This document shows, piece by piece, positions 27,897-36,722 of a stretch of 64,000 bases of DNA (positions within the stretch are counted from its first letter, which is position 1; each line of letters begins with the position of its first letter). The stretch comes from Pseudomonadota bacterium (lineage in GTDB: Bacteria; Bdellovibrionota_B; Oligoflexia; Oligoflexales; CAIYRB01): positions 32,001 to 96,000 of the forward strand of contig JANOTL010000109.1 of NCBI GenBank assembly GCA_031416315.1. Direction: 5' to 3'. The notes below the pieces were generated by a model that saw nothing but the letters and a program-made list of their open reading frames with translations, ran no database searches and was not told where the DNA came from. A program made the position numbers and the translations under genes.

Positions 27897-29042
27897 ATGT
27901 CCGTTTCCCTTCGCAAGTGGATCCTCTCCACGGCTTTTGTTGCGGCCTTGCCGCTCGCCGGTTGCTCCGAGACGACGCCGAGCGCTTCGAATCCGCTCGT
28001 CACCGACGTCGAGCATACGATCGTCAAGCGCCAGTCTATCGGCAACTGCTGGCTCTACGCGCAAGCGACGTGGCTCGAGTCGCAGATCCTCCAGAACCAA
28101 GATCAAGATGTCGACGTCTCCGAGTCCTATTGGACCTGGTGGCACTGGTACGACCAGATCGTCGGCAGCTCGCGCACCGAGCTCCAGACCGGCGGCTGGT
28201 GGAGCACGTCCGCAAACATCGTCCTGCGCCACGGCTTCGTGCTCGAAGCCGAGTTCCTCTCCAACGAAGCTGGTGTCGAGATGTCGGCCGCGCAGAAGTT
28301 GGCCCTCGCCTCGATCAACGCCGCGCTCGGCGCAGGCGGCGAGCTCGCCACCGTCCAGTCCCGCACTCCGGCGCGCGTGCGCCAGCTTCTCGACACGGCG
28401 TTCGGCTCGAACATGGCGACCGCGGAAGCCGTCGCCCGCAACCCGGCGACCTTCGTCGCGATGAAAGACCGTTTCGGCAACGCGATCTCTTTGCAGAAAG
28501 CGCTCGCCGGTAACGCGAACCAGCGTTGGACCTCCGTCTCGTACCCGCGCATCTACGGCGAGACCGCCGTTGCCAGCGCGCAGACGCAAGCAAGCCGCAA
28601 CGCGGTCATGAAGCGCGCGCTCCGGGCGGTGAACGCGCGTCACCCGGTCGTGATGTCCTTGATGATCGACTTCAACGCGCTCGACATCACCGACGCGACC
28701 TTCAAGAAGTCGCTCGTCGACGAAGTCGGCGCCGGCACTCAAGGCGGCCACATGGTGGTCCTCGAGGACTACTCGGTCAGCAACGTGCCGGGCATCGGCG
28801 CCATCGGCTTCGGCGACGTCTCCGACGACCTGAAGGCGAAAGCGCTGACGGGCAAGGTCGAGATGCTCCGCGCCAAGAACAGCTGGGGCAAAAACCGCCC
28901 CGACCGCGGCCTGACCGACGGCTACACCAACTTCGACCGCGCTTACCTCACCGGCCAGTTGGCGTGGAAGGTGTCGGCCGAGTCCGAGCAGGTGAACTAT
29001 TACACGACGCTGACCGACTTCGTCTTGCCCCCGGGCTACTGA
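27897..29042 (+). CDS. Papain-like (C1) cysteine protease lipoprotein
   Basis: RBS AGGAG; lipobox LAGC; KRQSIGNCWLYA (Gln/Cys), GGHMVVL (His), KNSWG (Asn). Confidence 0.85.
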   Translation: MSVSLRKWILSTAFVAALPLAGCSETTPSASNPLVTDVEHTIVKRQSIGNCWLYAQATWLESQILQNQDQDVDVSESYWTWWHWYDQIVGSSRTELQTGGWWSTSANIVLRHGFVLEAEFLSNEAGVEMSAAQKLALASINAALGAGGELATVQSRTPARVRQLLDTAFGSNMATAEAVARNPATFVAMKDRFGNAISLQKALAGNANQRWTSVSYPRIYGETAVASAQTQASRNAVMKRALRAVNARHPVVMSLMIDFNALDITDATFKKSLVDEVGAGTQGGHMVVLEDYSVSNVPGIGAIGFGDVSDDLKAKALTGKVEMLRAKNSWGKNRPDRGLTDGYTNFDRAYLTGQLAWKVSAESEQVNYYTTLTDFVLPPGY

Positions 29043-29066
29043 GCCTGGAGTTGGCGAGACGCACCG

Positions 29067-29094
29067 AAAAGCCCGTCGAGAGACGGGCTTTTTT
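29067..29094 (+). terminator. Intrinsic terminator (potentially bidirectional)
   Basis: AAAAGCCCGTC-GAGA-GACGGGCTTTTTT downstream of the C1 protease. Confidence 0.85.
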
Positions 29095-29207
29095 GTTGAG
29101 CCAGCCGGACTGCCGGCACGCGACCCACGGCGGGCCCCGGCAGCGCCCGGGTCGGTCTCGTCTTCGGATGTGAGTGTGCACGGTCTCGTAGCTCAGCATG
29201 GGTCCTC

Positions 29208-29420
29208 CTAGAGCTGGTTCATATGACGGGCACGGAGCTTTTTGTCGGCTCGCTCCGCGAGATAAGCGCGTCTTTCCGAGTCGTAGTGATAGCCACGCTG
29301 CCGGCGGCGGCGGATGTCGGCCGCAATCCTGACGAGGAGAAGCCGTAGGGTTTGCAGGTAACGCGTCCGCTGCAGCTGGTTCGTTCCGCGCATGAATAAA
29401 GCGCGGGCAGTGGCTCTCAC
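29208..29420 (-). CDS. Small Arg-rich hypothetical protein (70 aa)
   Basis: GTG 29420 lies 7 nt after GGAGGT; otherwise uncharacterised. Confidence 0.4.
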   Translation of the reverse strand: MRATARALFMRGTNQLQRTRYLQTLRLLLVRIAADIRRRRQRGYHYDSERRAYLAERADKKLRARHMNQL

Positions 29421-29544
29421 GGCAATGACCTCCCAAGGCCCGCAGGATTGCGGACGAGTCGCGACGATCTTTTGAACGAAAAATCCCGGGCACGCGCGGC
29501 GCGCGACCCGGGTCTCGTTTTTTGGCCCTCAGCGCGAGGGCGTT

Positions 29545-29573
29545 AAAAAACCCAGGTCTTTTTGGGACCTGGG
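29545..29573 (-). terminator. Intrinsic terminator after the 27-aa ORF
   Basis: Minus strand CCCAGGTC-CCAAAAA-GACCTGGG-TTTTTT. Confidence 0.75.
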
Positions 29574-29606
29574 TGTCTCGGCATCAAGCGATGCGGGGAG
29601 CGCGCC

Positions 29607-29690
29607 CTAGGTCCAACAAGCGTCGGCTTGGTCTTTACCGCATTCGCGGAGACCAGATACGAGTTGCGGAACTTGGTTGGAAATAAACAC
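29607..29690 (-). CDS. Unannotated 27-aa peptide MFISNQVPQLVSGLRECGKDQADACWT
   Basis: GTG 29690 preceded by GAAGGAGGG; sigma70-like promoter upstream and terminator downstream. Confidence 0.55.
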   Translation of the reverse strand: MFISNQVPQLVSGLRECGKDQADACWT

Positions 29691-29712
29691 GCTCGACCCT
29701 CCTTCACTCACC

Positions 29713-29740
29713 ACTCTATCACAATGACGCGGCGAATCAA
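29713..29740 (-). promoter_or_regulatory. Putative sigma70 promoter (extended -10)
   Basis: Minus strand TTGATT-16 nt-TAGAGT with TG one base upstream of the -10. Confidence 0.5.
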
Positions 29741-29749
29741 TAAACAAAG

Positions 29750-31735
29750 CTAGTTTATGGAGACGCCGGTGAAAGCGCTGACGGTACGTTTGACGTTTTC
29801 CGCGGTTTTGATGGCGAAGACGAAGCCGCACATGCCAAGCGAGATGAGGCCCACGACCATCACTTGAAAGACCCAGTAACGCTCAGGGTCGATGGCCTCG
29901 GGACCGGCGCCGACGATCATCGCGGCGCCGGCGAGCGGGATGATGCCGGCTAAGATCTGGAACACGGTGAGGCGAGCGGTGACATGCGCCAGCTCGGTGC
30001 GCGCCGAGCCGCGGATGTCGCAGGTGCCGGTCCAGAACTGCGGGTACACGACTTGTAAGATCACCGCCTCGAGCAAGAGAAAGGAGTACGTGAGGGCGAT
30101 GAGCCACGAGCTGACGAACGAGATGGCGAAGTGCATGTAGACGGAAGCCGCGATCGGGCCGGCGACCCAGTCGATCACGGCCGGAAAGATGATCGCGCCG
30201 GGAAGCCAGCCGACGGTGGCGGCGGCGAAGAGCGCATAGGGCGTGCGCAGAACGCGACGGCGCAAAGCCGACATGCTCGCCGGATCCGGCATGTAGCGGT
30301 CGCGACGCCGCTGCAGGCTCCGGATCAGGAACGCGAGCTGGCGCCAAACGAGCCAGAGCCCGAGCGGATAGAAGAGGACATTGTAAGGAAGGATCGTGCT
30401 CTCGAAGACGTCCTTCTGCTCCGGCGTGAGGCCGTCGACGACGCGCACCGCGTTGTAGGTAATGTTGACGACGCTGCCCATAACCTGCGGCAAAGCGGCG
30501 AGGATGACGAGGCCCAGGACCGGGCGACGACGGGCGAACTCCGGCCAACGGCCGGCGACCGGGAGATTGCGGCGCACCTCGGCCATCCGGAGGCAGTTGC
30601 GGAGCGCGTCGGCGAAGCGCGCGGCGCTGTCGAAGCGGTCCTTCGCTTGGGCTCTGGTGGCGACGTGCAGGACTGCCGAGACCTCGTCCGGTAGCACCTC
30701 GGTCCCCCGCAGGACGTGCGGCGCCCCGTCTTTCTCGGCCTTCGGGCTGGGCCAGACCTTGGCGCAGGTGAGGAGCTCAGTGAGGACGACGCCCAGGGCG
30801 TAGACGTCGGCGCGGTGGTCGATCGCCTGCATCGCGCGGGTGTCTCGGGTGCGGAAGAGCTCGCTTTGCTCCGGGGGCATGTAGGAAATGGTGCCGCCGA
30901 GGCCCGCCATGTTGCCTTCGGCGATGTCCTCGGGGGTGAGAGAGACGTTGAAGTCGGTGAGCATCGGCCGGCCGTAGCGGTTCAGCATGATGTTCGCGGG
31001 CTTCACATCCAGGTGCAGGATGCCGCGCTCGTGCGCGAATGCCAGGGCCTCGGCCAGGGCGCAGCCGATCCAAAGGCCGGCGCCCAGGAGGCCCAGGGCG
31101 CCGAGGCGCTCGCGGTCTCTCAGGGCGGCCGGGTTGAAGAGCGCGCCCGAGACCTCGTCCGCCCGGTCGACGATGTCCAGAATCGCTTGCCCCGAGCGGC
31201 TTTCCGGCGGCAGTTCCGCGAGGCGGTCGATGACCTTCTGCAGCGTCGCGCCGTGGACGAACTGCATGCAGACGAGCTTCAGGCCCTTGTCCGGGAGGAT
31301 CGTCTCCGAGAAGACCGGGACGATGTGGTCGTGCTCGAGGCCCGCCATGACGCGCGCCTCCTTGCCGACGTCGGCGGAGACCTTGAGGGCGACCTGGCGG
31401 GAGAGCGAGATCTGCCGGGAAAGGTAGACTTTGGCGAAGGCGCCCTCGCCGACCAGGCGCAGGATCTCGAAATCCTCCACCGTCTCACCGGCGGCAAAGG
31501 CGCGCGGTGCCTCGAAAAGCCGGGAAACGCGGCTCGCCAGGCCGCGAGTGCCGAGCTTGACCACCGGCTCGGCCAAAAAGGAGCCCGAGCGGGCGTGCGC
31601 GTCGAGAAGCGCCGAAAGCTCGGCCGAGACCTCCGGGTCTTCGGCGTCCGCGACGAGCTTCGCCCAGGTGTCCGCAGGCGCCTCGAGCGCGAGGTCGAAC
31701 AGCTCGTTCACCTTTTGCCACTGCGCCGGCGTCAC
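29750..31735 (-). CDS. Ser/Thr protein kinase with C-terminal multi-TM domain, coupled to an ECF sigma
   Basis: GTGA overlap with the sigma stop; VTPAQWQKVNELF (typical N-terminus of ECF-linked kinases), GEGAFAKVY, VALK, HLDVKPANI, TDFN, GTISYMPPEQ, DVYALG; several TM helices. Confidence 0.88.
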   Translation of the reverse strand: MTPAQWQKVNELFDLALEAPADTWAKLVADAEDPEVSAELSALLDAHARSGSFLAEPVVKLGTRGLASRVSRLFEAPRAFAAGETVEDFEILRLVGEGAFAKVYLSRQISLSRQVALKVSADVGKEARVMAGLEHDHIVPVFSETILPDKGLKLVCMQFVHGATLQKVIDRLAELPPESRSGQAILDIVDRADEVSGALFNPAALRDRERLGALGLLGAGLWIGCALAEALAFAHERGILHLDVKPANIMLNRYGRPMLTDFNVSLTPEDIAEGNMAGLGGTISYMPPEQSELFRTRDTRAMQAIDHRADVYALGVVLTELLTCAKVWPSPKAEKDGAPHVLRGTEVLPDEVSAVLHVATRAQAKDRFDSAARFADALRNCLRMAEVRRNLPVAGRWPEFARRRPVLGLVILAALPQVMGSVVNITYNAVRVVDGLTPEQKDVFESTILPYNVLFYPLGLWLVWRQLAFLIRSLQRRRDRYMPDPASMSALRRRVLRTPYALFAAATVGWLPGAIIFPAVIDWVAGPIAASVYMHFAISFVSSWLIALTYSFLLLEAVILQVVYPQFWTGTCDIRGSARTELAHVTARLTVFQILAGIIPLAGAAMIVGAGPEAIDPERYWVFQVMVVGLISLGMCGFVFAIKTAENVKRTVSAFTGVSIN

Positions 31736-32325
31736 GGCGCCGTGCCCGTCAGCTCCTTCAAGAGGTAGGCACGGGCGAAGTTCCAGTCGCGCTTCACGGT
31801 CGCGGGCGAGGTTTTCAAGGCCTCCGCCGTCTCCTCGACGGAAAGACCGCCGAAAAAGCGCATCTCGACGACCTGCGCTTGACGGGCGTTGATCTTCGCC
31901 AGCTCGTTCAAAGCGTCGTCCAGGAGCACCAGATCCGGGCCGCCTTGGCCGTCCCAGAGGCCTTGGCCCTCGGCCATGCCGAAGCCTTTTTCGATCGCGT
32001 CGTCCAAGGCCAAGCGGGTGACGCCGCCGCCGCGCTTCTCTGCGAGGCGCGCCCGCGCGTGGTCGACCAGGATCCGGCGCATGATTTGGGCCGCGATCCC
32101 GTAAAAATGCGCCCGATTCTGCCATTCGACGGCCTTCTGGTCGACCAAGCGGAAGTAGGCCTCGTTGACGAGCGCCGTCGCTTGCAGCGTGTGGCCGGCG
32201 CTCTCGCGGCGCATGTACCCGGCGGCGATCTTGCGCAGCTCGTCGTAGACCACGGGAAATAGCTCGGCCAAGGCCTTCTCGTCGCCTTGATGGTGGCGCA
32301 GAAGCATCTGGGTGACGTCGGTCAT
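31732..32325 (-). CDS. ECF sigma factor of the kinase-associated (TIGR02999-like) type
   Basis: MTDVTQML, VYDELRKIA, HTLQATALVNEAY, WQNRAHFY, MRRILVDHAR, RFFGGLS, TVKRDW. Confidence 0.92.
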   Translation of the reverse strand: MTDVTQMLLRHHQGDEKALAELFPVVYDELRKIAAGYMRRESAGHTLQATALVNEAYFRLVDQKAVEWQNRAHFYGIAAQIMRRILVDHARARLAEKRGGGVTRLALDDAIEKGFGMAEGQGLWDGQGGPDLVLLDDALNELAKINARQAQVVEMRFFGGLSVEETAEALKTSPATVKRDWNFARAYLLKELTGTAP

Positions 32326-32607
32326 GGCGAACCTCGCGGCGGTGGTGGGCCATGGAAACACGGGAAACGCGGTTTTTCCAGGGTTTTGCGCCGGGGCCTT
32401 GCAAGCGGTGAAGAGTGCGCGCCGCGCGGGTTTGCCGCCTCGCAGACGGAAACCCTATGGAACAAGGGTCGAGAGCGAAGGCGCGAAAGTCGTCGGCGGA
32501 CGTCCGCTTCGGAAAAAAGCTGTTTGGCACTTGATTTTTAGCATCCGGCGCCTTAGTGTCGTTGAAAGAGTTGTCGACACCTGTTTTTATCGGAGGGCCT
32601 TTAGGCC

Positions 32608-33045
32608 ATGGCGAAGAAGACCAAGAAGACCACGACGGCGAAGAAGAAGACCACCACCGCAACGGCGAAGTCCGCCCCCAAGGCAAAAGCCAGCGCGAAA
32701 GAGGCGAAAACCCTCATGCCGCTCGCGAAAGTGAACCCGGCCTCCACGCCGCGCACGAAGAGCGAAATCATGGGCATCCTCGCGGACACGACCGGCGTCT
32801 CCAAGAAGGAAGTCTCGGCGCTCTTCGCCTCGCTCTCCGACATCATCGGCAAGGACGTGGGCAAAAAAGGCTGCGGCCTGTTCACCGTCCCGGGCCTGAT
32901 GAAGATCCGCCGCGTCACGCGCCCGGCGACCAAGGCCCGCAAAGGCATCAACCCGTTCACGGGCGAAGAGCAAATGTTCAAGGCGAAGCCGGCGCGCAAC
33001 GTCGTCAAAGTTCGCCCGCTCAAGGCCCTGAAGGACATGGTCTGA
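32608..33045 (+). CDS. HU/IHF-family DNA-binding protein with Lys/Thr/Ala-rich N-terminal tail
   Basis: TKSEI, FTVPGLMKI, ARKGINPFTGE, KAKPARNVVKVRPLKALKD. Confidence 0.92.
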   Translation: MAKKTKKTTTAKKKTTTATAKSAPKAKASAKEAKTLMPLAKVNPASTPRTKSEIMGILADTTGVSKKEVSALFASLSDIIGKDVGKKGCGLFTVPGLMKIRRVTRPATKARKGINPFTGEEQMFKAKPARNVVKVRPLKALKDMV

Positions 33046-33073
33046 ACTAGACCGTTCTCTCGGTGCGCAAGTG

Positions 33074-33107
33074 ACCGGGGCCCTTTCGGGGGCCCCGGTT
33101 TCTTTTT
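33074..33107 (+). terminator. Intrinsic terminator after HU
   Basis: ACCGGGGCCC-TTTCGG-GGGCCCCGGT followed by a T-rich tail. Confidence 0.85.
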
Positions 33108-33173
33108 CTGGCGCGCTCGCGGCCCGCGGCGATCCTGCGGCGGTCGCATCGGCACCGCCGGCAAGAACCCGAG

Positions 33174-33189
33174 TGGCAAGGAATCTGCT
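33174..33189 (+). promoter_or_regulatory. Putative sigma54 promoter for the diheme peroxidase/lysyl oxidase operon
   Basis: TGGCAAGGAATCTGCT, GG-N10-GC, about 40 nt upstream of ATG 33231. Confidence 0.5.
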
Positions 33190-33230
33190 AGAATCCCTGG
33201 AAATCATCAGCGCCAATTCCTTGAGTTCCC

Positions 33231-34586
33231 ATGCTCGGACCTCGCCTCGCCTCTCTCCCTTTGGCCGTCGTCCTCGCGGCTTGCGTCCACGCGCCGACGG
33301 CGAGACCCGACGCGGCGACGGTCCTGGCAGCGGCGCGCGCCTTTCGGTTGCCGGAGCCGCCGCGCCCGGACGTCGCGACCCGGGCCCGCGCGGCACTGGG
33401 CCGGAAGCTGTTTCACGATGCGCGCCTCTCCCGCGATCAGGCCACTGCCTGCGCGACCTGCCATCAACCCGAGCGGCTTTTTACGGATGGCGCGACGACG
33501 CCTCCGGCGCATCCGGGCGTGCGGCGTCATACGCCGACGGTCGTCAACACGTACGCCTCCCGTTGGCTCTTCTGGGACGGGCGCGCCGACTCGCTCGTCG
33601 CCCAGGCCATTCAGCCCCTAGAAAGCCCGCACGAGCACGGGCTTACGCGTCGCGAGATCGTCGAGATCGTCGGCCGGATTTACGCCGAAGACTATGCCGC
33701 AGTCTTCGGGCCGATTCCCGCGCAAACGCGCGAGGGCACGCCGCCGAAGATCGACGCCGCCGTCGACCGAGAGCTGCTCGACGCCGCCATCGACACCCTG
33801 CCGGCGAGCGAGCGGCGCGGGCTCATGACCGCCGCCCGCCGGGCGAAAGAGCCGGAATACCGGATCTTCGAGGCCGAGCGGCTCGGCCGCTCCCCCGGGG
33901 CTTCGGCGAGCTGGGGCCGCGAGATCGATGCCGTCGCTGCCAACGTCGCGGCGGCGCTCGCCGCCTACGAGCGTGGCCTCGTCACGGCCCCCGCCGCGTT
34001 CGACCGCTTCGTCGATCGCCTCGCGGCCGAGCCGACGGCAGGCGTCGAGGCGGCGTTTTCGGCCGATTTCGGCGCCGAGGAGCTCGCGGGCTTCGCGACC
34101 TTCGTGGGCGACGGACGGTGCGCGTTGTGCCACGCGGGGCCGTTCTTCTCGAATGAGCAGTTTCACAACGTCGGGCTGCCGGAGCGCGAGGGCCAGCTCG
34201 AGCTCGGGCGCGCCCTCGGCATGCGGTTGGCGCGCGAAGACCTCTTCAACTGCGCGGGGCCGCATGCGCCGAAAGGGCAGGGGAAGGCGGAAAGCTGCCT
34301 CGAGCTACCCCACCTCGCGCTGCGCTCGACTGCGGCGATCGGCGCGTTCAAGACGCCGTCTCTGCGCAACGTCGCGCTGACGGCGCCATACGCGCACGAT
34401 GGTCGCTTCGCGACTCTGGCGGAGGTGCTCAAGCACTACGACCGCTTGGAGACGCGCTCGATCTTGGGACATCGCGACGAGACCTTGCGCCCGCTCGGTT
34501 TCTCGGACGCTCGGCTACGACAATTGGAGGCGTTCCTGACGGCCCTTTCGGCGCCGGTCTTGGACCTCTCCGCAGACAAAGGCTGA
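33231..34586 (+). CDS. bCcP/MauG-superfamily diheme enzyme (MauG/MbnH-like), lipoprotein
   Basis: Lipobox LAAC; LGRKLFHDARLS, CATCH, RHTPT, LFWDGRADSL, CALCH, FHNVG, FKTPSLRNV.LTAPYAHDG, EVLKHY. Confidence 0.88.
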   Translation: MLGPRLASLPLAVVLAACVHAPTARPDAATVLAAARAFRLPEPPRPDVATRARAALGRKLFHDARLSRDQATACATCHQPERLFTDGATTPPAHPGVRRHTPTVVNTYASRWLFWDGRADSLVAQAIQPLESPHEHGLTRREIVEIVGRIYAEDYAAVFGPIPAQTREGTPPKIDAAVDRELLDAAIDTLPASERRGLMTAARRAKEPEYRIFEAERLGRSPGASASWGREIDAVAANVAAALAAYERGLVTAPAAFDRFVDRLAAEPTAGVEAAFSADFGAEELAGFATFVGDGRCALCHAGPFFSNEQFHNVGLPEREGQLELGRALGMRLAREDLFNCAGPHAPKGQGKAESCLELPHLALRSTAAIGAFKTPSLRNVALTAPYAHDGRFATLAEVLKHYDRLETRSILGHRDETLRPLGFSDARLRQLEAFLTALSAPVLDLSADKG

Positions 34587-34591
34587 CGCTC

Positions 34592-36547
34592 ATGCTGCGC
34601 TTCAACGGAATCTTCGTGGCCCTCGCTTGTCTCGCCGTCCCGCTCGGGTGCAAGACGACGGAAAACGTCGCCGTCAAAGAAGGCGTCGGCGCGCAGAAGC
34701 GGCGCGAGCTGCGCGCAGGGGCCTGGCAGCAGAAGGAGCAGGATCTTGCACTGACGGCGCCCGAGGCCGAAGACGGCGCGCCCGGCGCGCTGATCGACGT
34801 GACGATGACGAGCCAGGTCGGCGTCCTGCTCGATGAGGTCCCGGTGTCGATGCGCGGACGCGCCGCGGCCGCGTACTTGCAGCAGCCCGATCAGTTTTGG
34901 ATCGAGCGCGCGAAGGCGCAGGTGCGCCTGGCGACGTATCGTCTCGTGTTCCGCAACTACTTCTACCGACCGGGAAAAATGCAGCTGCCCTTGCCGCCCG
35001 AGTCGCTGTGGGCGATCGAGCTCGTCGGGCCGCCGGCGCGCGAGACCGGGGCGAAGCACGATACGGTGGTGGTCGGCTATCGGCTCAAGACGACCTTGCT
35101 CACGACGCCCACCTCGCCGAAGCTCTCGGAGCCGCGCCTCGGCACGATCGGTGGCACTTGGGAGGAGGCCTTCACTTTTCCGATCGATCCCGAGCTGATC
35201 TTCCAGCGGACCGGCTACGCGTGCATGGATGAGGCCGAGTTCCCGCCGAACAGCGTCGACGCGGAGGAAGCCGACTCGTTCTACGACCACGAGTGCGTCG
35301 TCGAGAAGGAGCCGTCGCTCGCGGGTTGCCATCAACATCTGCCGCTTCCTGACAAGACCTGCCAGCAAGCGTTGCGCGACCACGTCGGAAAAGTGGACAC
35401 CAAGCTCGTCTTCACGCGGCGGGCGTGGAGCGAGGCGGTCGCGAACCAGGTGCGGGTCGGACCGACGACGACCACCGCGGGCGCCGACCTTCAGGTCGTC
35501 AAGGAAGAGTTTCACCTCAATCGGACCGTCTATAAGTATTTCGCGCCCGGCGCCTGCGAGCTCGAAGAGCAGTGCATCGCGGCGCCCGGTTGGCGGCGCC
35601 TCTTGCAATTCGCGACCTCGGACCGCAACACGGGGAACCAGACCTTGGACATCGGGCCGATCGATTATTACCTCACGGGCGCCGGCGGCCCGACGGTCAA
35701 TGATCAGAATCACGTCTTCGAATTTTCCGCCTGCCACAAGCATTACCACTTCACGCACTACGGCTCGTTCGCGTTGGGCGAAGACAAGGCGCTCACGACG
35801 AAGCGCGGCTTTTGCCTGCAGAGCACGAACCGCTTCAGCAACATCGAGAATAGCCCACTCCACCATCCTTACGGCGGCTGCGAGTACCAAGGCGTTTCAG
35901 TCGGCTGGGTCGATCAGTACAAGATCGGGTTGCCTTGCCAGTGGGTCGATGTCACCGATGTGACGACGACGAAGCCCTTGCCTTTGACCTTCACGTCCAA
36001 CCCGGACGGCTTTCTCTGCGAGGGCGTGCCCGTCCTCGACGCGGCCGGTCATCCCGTTTTCGAGCCGACGGCCTTCCGCACGGCGAATGGCGAGGTCGTG
36101 AGCCGCGCGAAATGCGACTTCGCGCCAGGTTGGTACGACAACAACGTCGACACATACGACGTCGCGCTGCAGGCGCCGGGCGAAGGCTACGTCACCAAAC
36201 CCTGCGACCGCGGTCAAGTCGGCCCGCTGCGCAACTGCGGCCTGAAGAACACGAAGGTGAAGATCGCATGCGCCGCGGGGGCGCCGACGACGCTGAAGTG
36301 CTCGGTGCCGGCGGGCGCCGCGCCGCAGGTCTTGCGCGTTTGCGACCATTCGAAGCGCCTCGGCACCGGGATCCCGTGCACGCACGACGCGGGCCTCGTT
36401 TCCTTGGCGCTGGAGGCAGGGAAGACGAACGTTTCTTTCACTTGCCCGGCGGCGCGGGATGCCGCGGAGCCCGGGGGCGCGGTCGCGCTTTATACGGCGC
36501 CCGTGCTCACCGGGGACGCGGCGGCGACGGTGACCTGCGCCTTCTAA
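34592..36547 (+). CDS. Lysyl oxidase (LOX)-domain lipoprotein, Cys-rich
   Basis: Lipobox PLGC; RRLLQF...N.G, FSACHKHYHF (Cu-binding HxHxH), KRGFCL (LTQ Lys), QGVSVGWVDQY (LTQ Tyr), LPCQWVDVT, NPD. Confidence 0.85.
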   Translation: MLRFNGIFVALACLAVPLGCKTTENVAVKEGVGAQKRRELRAGAWQQKEQDLALTAPEAEDGAPGALIDVTMTSQVGVLLDEVPVSMRGRAAAAYLQQPDQFWIERAKAQVRLATYRLVFRNYFYRPGKMQLPLPPESLWAIELVGPPARETGAKHDTVVVGYRLKTTLLTTPTSPKLSEPRLGTIGGTWEEAFTFPIDPELIFQRTGYACMDEAEFPPNSVDAEEADSFYDHECVVEKEPSLAGCHQHLPLPDKTCQQALRDHVGKVDTKLVFTRRAWSEAVANQVRVGPTTTTAGADLQVVKEEFHLNRTVYKYFAPGACELEEQCIAAPGWRRLLQFATSDRNTGNQTLDIGPIDYYLTGAGGPTVNDQNHVFEFSACHKHYHFTHYGSFALGEDKALTTKRGFCLQSTNRFSNIENSPLHHPYGGCEYQGVSVGWVDQYKIGLPCQWVDVTDVTTTKPLPLTFTSNPDGFLCEGVPVLDAAGHPVFEPTAFRTANGEVVSRAKCDFAPGWYDNNVDTYDVALQAPGEGYVTKPCDRGQVGPLRNCGLKNTKVKIACAAGAPTTLKCSVPAGAAPQVLRVCDHSKRLGTGIPCTHDAGLVSLALEAGKTNVSFTCPAARDAAEPGGAVALYTAPVLTGDAAATVTCAF

Positions 36548-36722
36548 TTTACGTCGTTGGACCACGCCACGCGGCCACGCATGCCAATGGGTGAAATTGC
36601 GTAGGCCATGGCGGAGGCCTAGATCTGCTTGAAGCTTGGTACAATGCCAGAGCCGGCCAAAACCCGGGCACGAAACAAGCGCGACCCGTGCCCCCGGCAC
36701 GCCGCGAAGACGGGACGACATC

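Noticed and set aside
28948..29199. ORF starting MLSYETVHTHIRR, reminiscent of a LuxR HTH recognition helix
   Set aside because: Only about 11 residues match, and the ORF runs through a terminator into the convergent protease gene; not called as a feature.
29750..32686. 978-aa ORF in the track suggesting a giant kinase
   Set aside because: The N-terminal ~317 aa overlap the ECF sigma in another frame and read as shadow sequence; the kinase starts at GTG 31735, overlapping the sigma stop.
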